Below are positions 24,141-36,729 of a stretch of DNA of 64,000 bases, piece after piece. The position numbers were made by a program, and so were the translations under genes. The DNA lies in assembly GCF_963921235.1 (NCBI RefSeq), contig NC_086108.1, positions 47,928,001 to 47,992,000 on the forward strand. Direction: 5' to 3'. Position 1 is the stretch's first letter, and every line of letters starts with the position of its first letter. The notes below the pieces were generated by a model, which saw nothing but the letters and a program-made list of their open reading frames with translations, did no database searches and was not told the origin of the DNA. Origin of the DNA: Mobula hypostoma (lineage: Eukaryota).

Positions 24141-25472
24141 CCACAAGACCATAAGACATAGGACTAGAATTAGGCCATTCAGCCCATCAAATCTGCTCTG
24201 CCATTCCATCATGGCTGATCCCAGATCCCATTCAACCCCATACACCTGCCTTCTCGCCATATCATTTGATGCCCTGACTGATCAGGAGACGATCAATTTA
24301 TGCCTTAAATATATGCACTGACTTGGACCCACCGCAGTCTGTGGCAGAGCATTCCACAGATTTACTACACTCTGGCTGAAAAAATTCCTCCTTACCTCTT
24401 TTCTAAAGGGCTGCCCGTCAATTTTGACACCTTCTAGTTCTGGATACCCCCAGCACAGGAAACATCCTCTCCACATCCACCTTATCTAGTCCTTCCAACA
24501 TTCAGCAGGTTTCAATGAGATTCCCCCACATCCTTCTAATTTCCAGTGAGTACAGGCCCAATGCTGCCAAATGCACCTCGTATGTTAACCCCTTCATTCC
24601 CGGAATAATCTTCGTGAACCTTCTCTGGGCTCTCTCCAATGACAACACATCCTTTTTGAGATATGGGACCCAAAACTGTTGATGATACTCTTAGTGCGGC
24701 CTGACTAGTGTTTCATAAAGGCTCAGCATTATCTCCTTGCTTTTATATTCTATTCCCCTTGAAATAAATGCCAACATTGCATTTGCCTTCTTTACCACAG
24801 ACTCAACCTGTAAATTAACCTTCTGGGGGTCTTGCATGAGGACTCCCAATTCCCTCTTCATCTCTGATGTTTGAATCTTCTCCCCATTAGATAATAGTCC
24901 ACACTATTGTTCATTTTACCAAAATGCATTATCATACATTTCCCGCTGTATTCCATCTGCCACTCTTTTGCCCATTCTTCCAATTCAAAGTCCTTCTAAA
25001 ATTGCGTTGCTTCCTCAGCACTACCTACCCCACCACCTTTCTTCGTATCATTCACAAACTTTGCCACAAAACCATCAATTCCATTACCTGAATCATTGAC
25101 AAACGATGTGAAAAGCAATGCTGACTCCTGAGGAACACCACTACCAACCAGAAAAGGCCCTTTTATTCCCACTCCCTGCCTCCTGCCCGTCAGCCATTCC
25201 TTTATCCTTGCCAGTATCTTTCCTGTAACACCACAGCATTTTATCTTGTTAAGCAGCATCATGCTTGGCACTTTATCAAATGCCTTCTGAAAATCCAAAT
25301 AAATGGCATCCACTGCCTCTCCTTTGTGCACCCTGCTTGTTGCTTCCTCAAAGAACACCAACAGATTTGTCAGGCAAGATTTCCCTTTGCAGAAACCATG
25401 ATGACTTTGACTTATTTTATCATTAGTCTCCAAGTACCAAGAAACCTCATCCTTAATAATAGACTCCAACAT
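24141..25472 (-). mobile_element. CR1/L3 LINE remnant (RT to 3' end)
   Basis: ORF 24996-25472 (HGFCKGKSCLTNLL..VDAIYLDFQKAFDKV..GVPQES..KFVNDTK); ORF 24282-24476 (RRNFFSQSVVNLWNALP). Confidence 0.92.
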
Positions 25473-25644
25473 AATTAGTTGAATGGAGATATGTTTTTGG
25501 AGGCCTGTGAGCAGTCAAGGTGTTTCAATTGATTGTTGTAAAAATACACCTGTATTGAAATTCCAACTTTCACCTCAATTAGAATCCCCTGGCAGCTTTA
25601 TCCTGAAAAATAAAATTACTGTGAAAAGATATTGGCTTTTTCCA

Positions 25645-25957
25645 CTCAGGCAAGGGGAGGGAAAAAAAACCGGAGGACATGGGTTAAGGGTGAGGGGGAA
25701 AAGTTTAAAGGGAACATTAGTGGGGAGCTTCTTCACACAGAGAGTGGTGGGAGTGTGGAATGAGCTGCCAGACAAGGTGGTAAATGCGGGTTCTTTTTTA
25801 ACATTTAAGAGTAAATTGGACAGATACATGGATGGGAGGTGTATGGAGGGATATGGTCCGTGTGCAGGTCAGTGGGACTAGGCAGAAAATGGTTCAGCCC
25901 AGCCAAGAAGGGCCAAAAGGCCTGTTTCTGTGCTATAGTTTTTCTATGGTTTCTATG
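25645..25957 (+). mobile_element. CR1 LINE short 3' end
   Basis: TGGHGLRVRG..FFTQRVVGVWNELP..FKSKLDRYM..EGYG; TTTCTATGGTTTCTATG tail. Confidence 0.88.
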
Positions 25958-26159
25958 ATGATAAAAAATGCATTTAATAAATAATATTGACTAATATTAT
26001 AATTTAGCAAATAATACTATGACTGATGAAGAACTTGTCAGTTCTCTCTATCCCTCCAATTTTATATACTTTGTCAATAGTACCATGTTGTTTTGTTCTA
26101 GTCATTTCTGTGCAACCAAGAAGTGGCACCACGCAGAAAATCTTTGCATTCCAGTGATA

Positions 26160-26305
26160 ATGCCCTTGTCTCTGAGCCAGACAGTTGTGAGTTCATTGTC
26201 AGTCTGGAGGTTTCAACACACAAACCAAGATGATCCTTCAGTGCAGAACTAAAGATATCCCAGCCTGTCAGAGGTGTTGTTTTGCAGATAAGGACCTAGA
26301 AACCC
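26160..26305 (+). mobile_element. Decayed Deu-type SINE 5' half
   Basis: CTTGTCTCTGAGCCAGACAGTTGTGAGTTCA..CAGTGCAGAACT..CTGTCAGAGGTGTTGTTTT resembles the SacSINE1-type head and Deu start. Confidence 0.45.
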
Positions 26306-27379
26306 TTCAGTGTATTTCTTCCTGCCATTTCCCACCTGTTGTTTAAGAATGATTTGTTACAGGAAGTGGTAAGCACTTATGGAAGGATGATGCTTACCAC
26401 TTCCTATATTTTTGACAGCAAAAATTCTATTACATTGTAACATCACATTGAATCATCCAAACTTTAGCCTTTTGTTACATCTACATTCTGTTCCTTGACT
26501 ATAACTTACACCCTGCTAACACTGTTCCTGATGCCACATTTATTTGCCCACTTACATTCAGAGACTGCTTTTAACTTCATTGTATGGTTTATCTTTCTCC
26601 ATTTGTTTCATCCTGCTGCAGGTTCCCCTTGTGCCTCTCTTTGTATTGTTTCAAAGGTATATTTAATGTCAGAGAAATGTATACAATGTACATCCTGAAA
26701 TGCTTTTTCTTCACAACCATCCACGAAAACAGAGGAGCGACCCAAAGAATGAAAGACAGTTAAATGTTAGAACCCCAAAGTACGCCCCAGCTTCCCTCCT
26801 TCTCTCTTCTGCTCTTCTGCTCAGCGAAGGTGACTTTTTGATGTAAAGATCAGAAAACAGACAGCCGGGTTCCAAGTGACCACTGAATTGTCAGTTTGCT
26901 AGTCTGAGGTCATTGCTGATTGAAGAGAAGCTCCTTCTGACCAAATATTGAGACAACTGAATGCATATTCTTCAATTGCTGTCACAAACTCTGTTCCCCA
27001 GGCAACGACTCAATCTCATTTTCAGAACTGCGTCAGCTAGAACCAGACTGCTCACCCACTTTGGGATTTTATTTGGACCTCTGTTGAAATATCCGCACAT
27101 TCCTCAAGAAGATCTATTTCACTTCAGAAACCTTAAACCAAAATATAGAAATAATGAATATCTGAAGAGAGGAGGTAGCCAAGAGGAACTCAAACCCTGG
27201 TAAATGTTTCTTCCTATTGGTGTAGGTGTTTTGTTAAATGCTAAAATGCTGTGAGTTTCTGACATAACTATACTCATTGAGTTCAGTGAATGAGCAAAAC
27301 ATAAGCTGTTGGAGGGACTCAAAGGGCAAAGGGTAAAGCAGCATCTGTGAGACGAAGGGGTAATCACTATGTTTTGCTT

Positions 27380-29600
27380 TGTACAGTGCCGAGCCCACTG
27401 TTCTACATTCATAACTGTGTGGCTAAGCACAGCCAAACACCTTTTACAAATCCACCAATTACATCACTTCATTTGGAGTTGGAGGAGATTCAGCAAAGGC
27501 TCCGACAAATTTCTATAGATGTACGGAGGAGAGCACTCTGACTGGTTTCATCGCAGCCTAGTATGGAGGCTCCAGTGCACTGGATCTCAAGAAGCTGCAG
27601 AGCATTGTAGATTCAGCCAGCTCCATCACAAGCACAAACTTCCTCTCCGTCAAGGACATCCTCAAGAAAGCAGATCGCTAAGGTCCCTTATCGTCAGGGA
27701 CATGTCCTCCTTTCATTCGCAACACACGCAGAATGCTGGAGGAACTCAGCAGGTCAAGCAGCATCCGTGCAAATGAATAAACAGTCAACATTTTGGACCG
27801 AGACCCTTCATCAGGACTGGAAAGGAAGGGATGGGAGCCAGAATAAGAAGGTTGGGGAGGGAGAAGTACAAGTTAGAAGGTTATTGGTGGTCTGGTGGAT
27901 GGGGAAGGGGGTGAAATAAGAAGCTGGGAGATGATAGGTGGAAAAGTTAAAGGGCGGGAGAAGTGGGAATCTGATTGGAGAGGAGAGAGCACCATGGGAG
28001 AAAGGGAAGGAGAAGGTGATAAGCAGGTGAGTTGAAGAGAAGATGTAAGAGGGGATCCGGAATGGGGAATTGAAGAAGAGGGAAGGGGGAAGAGGGAAAA
28101 TTACCAGAAGCTAGAGAAATCAGTGTTCATGCCATCAGGTTGGGGGCTACCCAGATGGAATGTAAGAACATTGATTGTGGCCTCATCATGGCAGTAAAGG
28201 AGGCCACAGACCCACATGTTGGAATGGGAATGGGGATTGCAATTAAAATAGTTGGCCACCAGGAAATCCTTCTGTTTGCAAATGGAGTGAAGGTGCTCAA
28301 CAAAACAGTCCACCCATCAACGTCTGGTCTCACCAATGTGGAGGAAGCTGCATCAGGAGCACTGGATACAGTAGAAAGCCCCAACAGATTTGCAGGTGAA
28401 GTTCATCTCATCTGGAGGGACTGTTTGGGGCCCTGAATGGAGGTGAGGGAGAAGGTGAATGGGCAGAGGTGTGGCACCTCTTCCAGTTGCAGGGATAAGT
28501 GCCAGGTGGGAAATTAGTGGGAAAGGATGAATGGAGTAGAGAGTCATGGAGGGAGCAATCCCTATGGAAAGGGGTGAAAGTGTGGCGGGGGGGTGATGGT
28601 GGTAAAGGTGTGTTTTATGGTAGGGTCCCATTGAAGATGGTGGAAGATGCAGAGAATGATGTACTGGATGTTGAAGCTCATGGGGTAGGTGAGGACAAGA
28701 GGAACTCTATCCTTGTTAAGGTGGCGGGAAGATGGTGGTGCTGGCTCGAAGGGCCGAATGGCATACTCCTGCACCTATTGTCTATTGTCTAAGATAGGGT
28801 GAGGGCATATGTCTGGGAAATGGAGATGAAGGAGAGGGCAGCATCAATAGAGGGGAAAGGGAAACTCCTTTCTTCAAAACTGGAGGACATCTCTAATTTT
28901 CTGGAAAGGAAAACCTGACCCTGGGAGCAGATATGGCCTAGACAAAGGAACTGAGAAAAAGGAAAGGCATATTTACAGGAGACAGTGTGGGACGAAGTAT
29001 GGTCAAGATAGCTGTGAGAGTCAGTAAGTGTTTATAAAAGACTACAGTAGACAGTTTGCCTCCAGAGGTGGTAGAGTTGATTGCCTCAAGAACGGGCAGA
29101 GAGGTGACAGAAAATGGACCAAAGTGAATTTAAGGCCAGGGTGGAAGTTAAAGGCAAAACTGATGACATTAACGAGCTTAGCTTGGGTTCATGAAGCAAC
29201 ATCAATGCAGTCGTCAATGTAGTGCAGGAAGAGTTGTAGAGCATTTCCAGGGAAGCTTGGAACTTGGATTGTTCCACATAGCTAATGAAAAGGCAGGAAT
29301 AGCTGGGGCCCATCGGGGTGCCAATGGATACACCTGGAGTTTAGAGAAAGTGGGACGAGTCAAAAGAGCCTCTTCTCACTATTTCTACCGGGGAGGAGGT
29401 ACAGGAGCCTGAAGACCCACACTCGGTGAACAGCTTCTTCACCTTGTATCAAGATTCTGAATAGTCCATGAACCTATGACCACTACCTTGTTATTCCTTC
29501 TATTTGCGATACTTAATTATTTTTGTAATTTATTTTAATTTTGTGTCTTTTACTGTAATACTACCATAAAACTAAAGCATTCACATTTAAGTCAATGCAA
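27380..29600 (+). mobile_element. Rex1/Babar 3' fragment split by a Penelope insertion (27380-27717 and 29368-29600)
   Basis: TTCTATAGATGTACGGAGGAGAGCACTCTGACTGG..GGACATGTCCTC, resuming CCTCTTCTCACT..GGAGGTACAGGAGCCTGAAGACCCACAC. Confidence 0.7.
27720..29367 (-). mobile_element. Penelope-like retroelement: RT remnant, GIY-YIG endonuclease and terminal repeat
   Basis: On -: MGPSYSCLFISYVEQS, LHYIDDC, KDRVPLVLTY, DCFVEHLHSI..LVANYFN..HSHSNMWVCGLLYCHDEAT..LGSPQPDGMNTDF; hammerhead remnant at ~27782-27820; small CR1 tail insert at ~28738-28790. Confidence 0.9.
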
Positions 29601-29844
29601 ATAATCTGCATCAGGGCCAAAACTGGAGAGGCAAAATCGCAAGTGTAACAATGCAAGTGAGAGGGACAAGGCAAGAACAGGCACGTAAAGATGGGGAGGA
29701 GGTGATTGATGGGTGTGAAGGAAGGAAGAGGCAAGGAAGTGGAAGTAGAGACAGATTCTAGATTCCCATAAGTAAGGAAGATAATCAGAAAAGGGAAGTT
29801 TAATCAGCAGATGGAACCACTGGGGGATGAGAGAGGATACTCAG

Positions 29845-30080
29845 CAATCTATTTATTTATTTATTTATTTGTTTGTTTGTTATTGAGTTACTTTGCTGAA
29901 TAGGCCCTTCCAGCCTTGCCGACCTGCAATCCCCCAACTTAATCATAGCCTAATCATGGGACAATTTAAAATGATCAATTAACCTACCAACTGGTACATT
30001 GTTGGACTATGGGAGAAAACTGGAGCACCCGGATGAAACGCATGCGGTCACGGGGAGAATGTACAAACTCCTTACAGGCC
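29845..30080 (-). mobile_element. HE1/V-type SINE
   Basis: Antisense V domain GGGAGAAAACTGGAGCACCCGG..GTCACGGGGAGAATGTACAAACTCCTTACAGG; (TTAT)n tail. Confidence 0.75.
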
Positions 30081-30224
30081 GCAATGGGTTAATGGAATCA
30101 GGTGGAAGAGAGGAAAGAAACTGGGTAACAGGGGGCTAGAAGGAGAATGGGAGGGTTAGAAAGAAGGGCAATGGGGGAAGAGAACCTGGGAGGATCAAAA
30201 GCAGAGAGAAAGGAACACAGGTTA

Positions 30225-30950
30225 TTTGGAATTGGAAAATTCATCGTTGATGCTGTTGGATTGAAGACCACCCAGGCGGAACATATGGAACCGTTCTTCT
30301 AGTTGGTCTCAACGTGGCAGTGAAGGATGCTGAGATTGGGAAGGTCAGTGTGAAAATGAAGAGGGAATTGAAGTGATATGCAACCAGAAGATCAAAGTAG
30401 CCACTGGGAGTCCAAATGCAGTGTCTGGCAAAGCAGTGACCCGAGCTGAGCTTTGCTTTGTCAGGTCCATGTAGAGGAGACCATGTTTTCATTTATTCAG
30501 AGATACAGTGTGGAACAAGCTCTTCCAGCCCAATGAACGACACCACCCAGCTACCCACTTATTTAACTCTAGCCTAATTACAGGATAACGTATGATGACT
30601 AATTAACCTACTTACCCAGTATGTCTTTTGGACTGTGGGAGAAAACCGGAGGAGCTGAAGAAAAACCACATGCTCCTGGGGTGAATGTGCAAACTCCTTA
30701 CGTACGTTGCCGGAATTGGACTCCAAGCTCCATAATGCACTGAGCTATAATAGCATTGTGCTAACTGCTATGCTTCAATGAACACCAAATGCAATAGACA
30801 AGACTGGAACTGGTTATGGTGAAACGCTGCTTCACCTGGTAGGGTTGTTTAGATCTGTGGATGGTATGGAGGGAGGTAGCTTCGAAGCAGATGTTGCATC
30901 TGCTACGGTTGCAGGGGATGTGCCAGGATGGGGACAGGTGGGTGGGGAGT
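30225..30950 (-). mobile_element. Decayed Penelope GIY-YIG region with a V-type SINE inserted at ~30495-30775
   Basis: HCFARHC..DLLVAYHFNSL on -; SINE V domain GGACTGTGGGAGAAAACCGGAG..AATGTGCAAACTCCTTAC. Confidence 0.6.
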
Positions 30951-31497
30951 GTATTGATATTGGTATTGGTTTATTATTATCATATGTACTAAGAGACAGT
31001 GAAAAGCTTGTCTTGCACACTAATTTTTTTCTGATCAAATCATTACACAGTACATTGAGCTAGAATAAGGTAAAACAATAGAAAAGTAAAATAAATTGTA
31101 AAAGCTACTGGAAGGGTAAAGTTGAAGAATTCAGCATCTATCGTCTCTTAGGTCTCCAGTCAATGAAGGAAGTTCTTTCATCCTACAAAAGACTGTGTGC
31201 GTGGTTTGCTTCCACAGAATTAACTGGAAACCTGCCACTTGCGAATATGACAAATTACAGCTGGCAGAATGATAATAGAGAACCAGCAACACATACTGAA
31301 GGAAATTACTTTCCACTGCACTGGAATTACAACACAAAAGATGTATTGAGTTGGACCAGGGTGTGGTTGAAATTTGGCAGCCTCTTTGAACAGGAATTGT
31401 GAAACATGATGTAACTGTGCCAGTTGCTTCTGATGCAGGCACCAGGCCAACTTTTTGCTCCCTGTTCTGCACTTTGCTGCCTGCACTAAATATTCAA

Positions 31498-31870
31498 CAA
31501 ACACAAAATACCGGGGGAACACAGCGGGTCAGGTAGCATCTATGGAGAGAAATAAGCAATTGATATTTTGGGCCAAGACCCTTCATTAGGACTAGAAAGG
31601 AAGGGGACAGAGGCTGGAATAAGAAGGCAGGGGGAGTGGGAGGAGCACAAACTGGCTGATCAGCTCATTACAACAGTGTATCGAGGAACTGCAAAATAAA
31701 ACAACAAAGTGCAGGGTGCAGTGCAGGTAGACAATTGGGTGCAAGGTCATAATGAGGTAGATTATGAGGTCAAGAGTCCATTTTATCATACTGAAAATCC
31801 AGTATGATAGAGGCCGTCCTTGAGCCTTGTGGTACGGGCTTCAGGCTTTCGTATCCTCTGGGGAGAGAAC
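31498..31870 (-). mobile_element. PLE terminal-repeat fragment followed by a Rex1-type 3' fragment
   Basis: CACAAAATACCGGGGGAACACAGCGGGTCAGG head with decayed hammerhead at ~31560-31595; then GGCTTCAGGCTTTCGTATCCTCTG. Confidence 0.55.
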
Positions 31871-32319
31871 AGAGAATATCTGGGCTGGGTGGAAACACTT
31901 GAACAAATATTGTGGCACTCTGGAGTTTTAACAAACGTATTTTGGCAATGATTAGCATTTAGGGAAATAATATAGTTTGGAAAACTGAGCGATACGGCGC
32001 AAAACCCCCACAGGAAATGTAACTCATTTGTAGCTAACAAGAGAGATTGAAAATATTAACATCAGATCCAAGAAAGAGGCTGATACACTCAGAAGAAATA
32101 GCAACTGGCCTGAGCACAGGGAGCGTTTAGAGTTCAGTAAAGGAGAACAAAGAGCCTACAAAAGGCAAACTAGAAAGACAAGAGTAGACAAGTGAGGAGC
32201 ACAAAACAGACCAATATAGCCCTATAGATATGTAGGGTGGAGAAATGTTACTGAGGGAAGATGTAGGCTCCTTACAGAATGAAATAGAAAAAGTTATAGC
32301 GGGTAAGAAAGAAACAACA

Positions 32320-33110
32320 GAAGATTGTAACAATTATTTTTCACCTGTTGTGACATAAAAAGACACACAAAACCTGCCATATACATTAAAGAATCAAGTG
32401 TTCTGGTGAGAATGAAGATCCTCAGGAACTAAGCATTTGTCAAAAAGTAGTGGGAGAGAAACAGGTGAGCTTAAAAACTGGTTGTTGATAAATTTGGACT
32501 CCTTACTTAAAGGATGAATTTGCCTCAGGAGGGAGTACAACAAAGGTCTACTCAACTGCTTCCAGAGCTGGTGGATTTGCTTTATGAGGAGAGATTGTGT
32601 GGGTTAGAACTGTATTCTCTAGAATTTAATAAAAGGAAAAATACATATTTCTTAAAGTACTTGATAGGCTAGGTTTAGAGAAGATGCTTTCCTTGACAGA
32701 AGATTCTATGACCAATGAGCCCAGGACCCTGCCCGGCTCAACATACAGATACAACCATGAAGAGGCACACCAGTATCTATGCTTTCCTAGATGATTAAGG
32801 AGATGTGGCATTTTATCAGAGACTCTCACTAATTTCTGTAGATGTGCTGTGACTGGTTACATCACTACCTGGTATGGATGTCGCAATGCACAGGAATGCA
32901 AGAGGCTACAGACAACGGCGTGAACTCAGCCAGCTCCATCATGGGCACATCTCTCCCCCACTATCAACAATGTCTACAAGGGGCGATGTCTTTGGAAGGA
33001 GACATTCATCTTCAGGGGCCCCGCCATCTGCGCCACTCCCTCCTGTCAGGCTGGAGGTACAGGATCAACGACAGCTTCTTTCTCACTGCAATCACATTAT
33101 TGAACTGACC
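32320..33110 (+). mobile_element. Decayed CR1 pieces (~32320-32710) and a Rex1/Babar 3' fragment (~32720-33110)
   Basis: TTATGAGGAGAGATT..CTGTATTCTCTAGAATTTA (CR1); AATTTCTGTAGATGTGCT..CAGCCAGCTCCATCATGGGCAC (Rex1). Confidence 0.55.
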
Positions 33111-34113
33111 CGAAAAGCCTCAACTACACACTCTCTCTCCCTGAACTCGCACTAATGGTGCTATGTTCATTTTGTTGCTTTTATTGCACACATGCAAGTT
33201 AATATAATTTCTGTCAATCTAAGTTTGTCAACTCATGTTTATCCTTGTTTTGTAATTTTTACAGTACATAATTCCTGTGTCCATATTTATATGCTGTGTA
33301 TATATTAAGACAAAAAAGAAATTTGAACTGGAATAAATGATGGTGTTTGTGGTGACGTTTCTTTACTCCGAGAACAGTGAGTCTTTAGTACTCTTTTCTC
33401 CAGGCATTGTGGAGGCTCGTTCATATGTGCAGTAAATACATTCAAAGCAATATTCACTATTTTCTGGACAATTCTGAATATGAGATACTGCTGGAAAATG
33501 ACACTGACGTAAATCAGCTGTGCTTTTGATCTTCATTATTCATTAATGCTATATATTAAGACTGGTTTTAGTGTTGTTCATCAGGAAGTAACTCCAAAGT
33601 CACGCTATCTGTTTGCATTTCCAAAAAAACAATTTATATCAACATGAAAATGGCAGTGTGCTTTATAAAGATATCCTTGTTTAACCTGACTAACATTCTC
33701 TGGAAATCCTACCTAAGATAAAAGAGCTACGACTCATTTGAACTTTGTTGTTAGCAGCCATACTTAGTAACCCTTATCACCATAATGTCTTACTACCGGA
33801 CCATTTATAGAGCGTTCCTTTCTTCTGCACTATATATAATATTACCTTTCAGTCGATAATTGATAGTTATGCTTCCAAAGATAAACATTAGATGGATTTT
33901 GTTCAAATGCCACCTCAGCAACTATGCAAGCATGGTTTAACTTTCTCAGCATGTTCTGATCTCCTGACTAAATGTTGCAGTAATTTCCACATAGCTCAAA
34001 CCCTGCACAGCACACTAATCTGGAGACAAAAGAGCCCAGCATGGTACATTCCTCTCTTGCCACATTCTAATTGCACCTCCATGGTCTAGTGCAAAATGTA
34101 TTCTGTTGTTATA

Positions 34114-35055
34114 ATAGAAACATAGAAACATAGAAAATAGGTGCAGGAGTAGGCCATTCGGCCCTTCGAGCCTGCACCGCCATTTATTATGATCATGGCT
34201 GATCATCCAACTCAGAACCCAGCCTTCCCTCCATACCCCCTGACCCCTGTAGCCACAAGGGCCATATCTAACTTCCTTTTAAACATAGCTAATGAACTGG
34301 CCTCAACAGTTTGCTGTGGCAGAGAATTCCACAGATTCACCACTCTCTGTGTGAAGAAATTTTTCCTAACCTCGGTCCTAAAAGGCTTCCCCTCTATCCT
34401 CAAACTGTGACCCCTCGTTCTAGACCTCCCCAACATCGGGAACAATCTTCCTGCATCTAGCCTGTCCAATCCCTTTAGGATCTTATACGTTTCAATCAGA
34501 TCCCCCCTCAATCTTCTAAATTCCAACGAGTACAAGCCCAGTTCATCCAGTCTTTCTTCATATGAAAGACCTGCCATCCCAGGAATCAATCTGGTGAACC
34601 TTCTTTGTACTCCCTCTATGGCAAAGATGTCTTTCCTCAGATTAGGGGACCAAAACTGCACACAATACTCCAGGTGTGGTCTCACCAAGGCCTTGTACAA
34701 CTGCAGTAGTACCTCCCTGCTCCTGTACTCGAATCCTCTCGCTATAAATGCCAGCATACCGTTCGCCTTTTTCACCGCCTGCTGTACCTGCATGCCCACT
34801 TTCAATGACTGGTGTATAATGACACCCAGGTCTCGTTGCACCTCCCCTTTTCCTAATCGGCCACCATTCAGATAATAATCTGTTTTCCTATTTTTGCCAC
34901 CAAAGTGGATAACTTCACATTTATCCACATTAAATTGCATCTGCCATGAGTTTGCCCACTCACCCAACCTATCCAAGTCACCCTGCATCCTCTTAGCATC
35001 CTCCTCACTGCTAACACTGCCACCCAGCTTCGTGTCATCCGCAAACTTGGAGATG
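34114..35055 (-). mobile_element. Young CR1/L3 LINE, 5'-truncated, uninterrupted ORF2 3' part
   Basis: Open frame from ISKFADDTKLGG through WQMQFNVDKC..LVRPHLEYCVQFWSP..RGDLIETYKI..to the stop at 34212; (TTTCTATG)n tail. Confidence 0.95.
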
Positions 35056-35157
35056 AAGCAGATTACCCATTCGACTTAGCTATTTCAAGTTTACATAGTG
35101 AACAAAGCTATGCAGAGTGGAAAAATACTGGAGGGAAACGTACATAAATAAAGGTAA

Positions 35158-36203
35158 TGTCAGGCCTGCACATGCAGGCTCCTCTCAGTCTCTATCTAGG
35201 AGTTACCTGCCACTCATTTCCAACTATCACCTGTAGCCATATTAAACTCAACTCTCATCTATAGTCCTGTTTCACTCATTGAACCAGCCAGTCTCAGTCA
35301 GTTACTCCGAGCCTTCAGTTACCTATTGTGTCAATTATCTGTCCCAATAGGCAAATGGAGAAGTTTCTGTGATGCTTCGCCACCTCTAACCCCTCACCGT
35401 GGAACAAGTATTTGCTCTGGGCCGAGCTGTCTCACAATCTACAGACCTCCTCTCCACCTTTTGAAGTGCTTCATGGTTACCAGTCTCTGTTGCTCCCTGT
35501 GCAAGAGCGAACAGTGGGGGTTATGCCTGCTAGGGCCCTGGTTCATCTCTGCTGAAGTGCTTGGAGGACAGCCCTGGGTGTTGACAGCTGGCAGCAAGGT
35601 ACCAACCCTGCCTACCGCCATCAGACCAACTGATGTCGTCACCCAGCTGGACTATGCCGACTTGGGGACCTCCACCGCTAGAACCTAGGGTGGGAAGGTG
35701 GTCCAGCATACACAGGTTTGCTGGTTGATAGATTCACATCATTCAGGGATGGGGTGTGCAGTGCCTGCTTGACTGGGAAGGGTACGGCCCACAGGAGAGG
35801 TCTTGGGTGCTGTCCGGTTACATCACCACCAGGCTCATCTGGATCATCCTGGGCTGTTGGGGGCCAGCCATAGAGGCAGGAGGGTGGTGGCCCAGTCAGA
35901 CTTGCACATGTATACTTCATTCAGTTAATAGGAGTCACCTGCCACTCATTTCTAACTCAACACCTGCCACCTCATTACACTCACCTCTCATGCACAGTCC
36001 TGTTTCACTCATTAAGCCAGCCAGCCTCAACCAGTTGCTCTGAGCCTTCAGTGATTGTGTTGCCTGTGGTGTTTAGTGTCTGTTCTCTGTTGTTTTGTGG
36101 CCCCTTGTGGCTTGTTATTTTGCAGTTTGTTAGTAAAGCATCATTCACTGCTAGATCATCTCTGTTGCTCTGATTTGGGGTCAACCACCTACATTTCCCA
36201 ACA
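35158..36203 (+). mobile_element. Chromoviral Ty3/Gypsy element, heavily deleted (1046 bp)
   Basis: TGT start, ACA end, 5-bp TSD GGTAA (35153-35157, 36204-36208); LTR repeats at 35158-35330 and ~35894-36203; integrase KYLLWAELSHN and chromodomain QCLLDWEGYGPQERSWV; purine tract before the 3' LTR. Confidence 0.85.
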
Positions 36204-36729
36204 GGTAAACTGGCAATTAAAATGGCAGACGTCAAAAAATAAGAAGCAACTAAAATTAGACTGGTAATTCAAAACAACACACTTATAACTTGCAGCATAT
36301 TTTCAAAATATACTGTATGCATAATGTTTCCAAGCTTTATGAGAAGTGTGCATTCAACCATAAATGGCTACCAATAATAACTGCAAAACACTTTCCCCAA
36401 GGAATAACATTTGCACCAATCCTGCCTCGGTGGTTCTGAAGTATGGTGCTGGAATCTGTGTAATGGTGTAATTTAACCTAGTTTAGCTCAGCCCGCCCCC
36501 AATTTAAACAACTCTACATTTCTCAGAAATATTTCCATAGCTTTCGCCAACTGCATTTCCAATACTGCCTGACAGATAAACAAACCTCTTCGTTTGAAAT
36601 CCAGACAAGCCACAAGAACCAAAAAAGCTTCTGCGGCCAAGCTCTAGGATATTATTGACTCCTCAGCCTGATTGCTGTTGAAATTCTCACCACCCAATAT
36701 GATTCACAATAAAGACTGCAGAAGCCAGT

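Noticed and set aside
26961..27203. 80-aa ORF with possible splice sites
   Set aside because: No recognisable domain and weak donor; insufficient support
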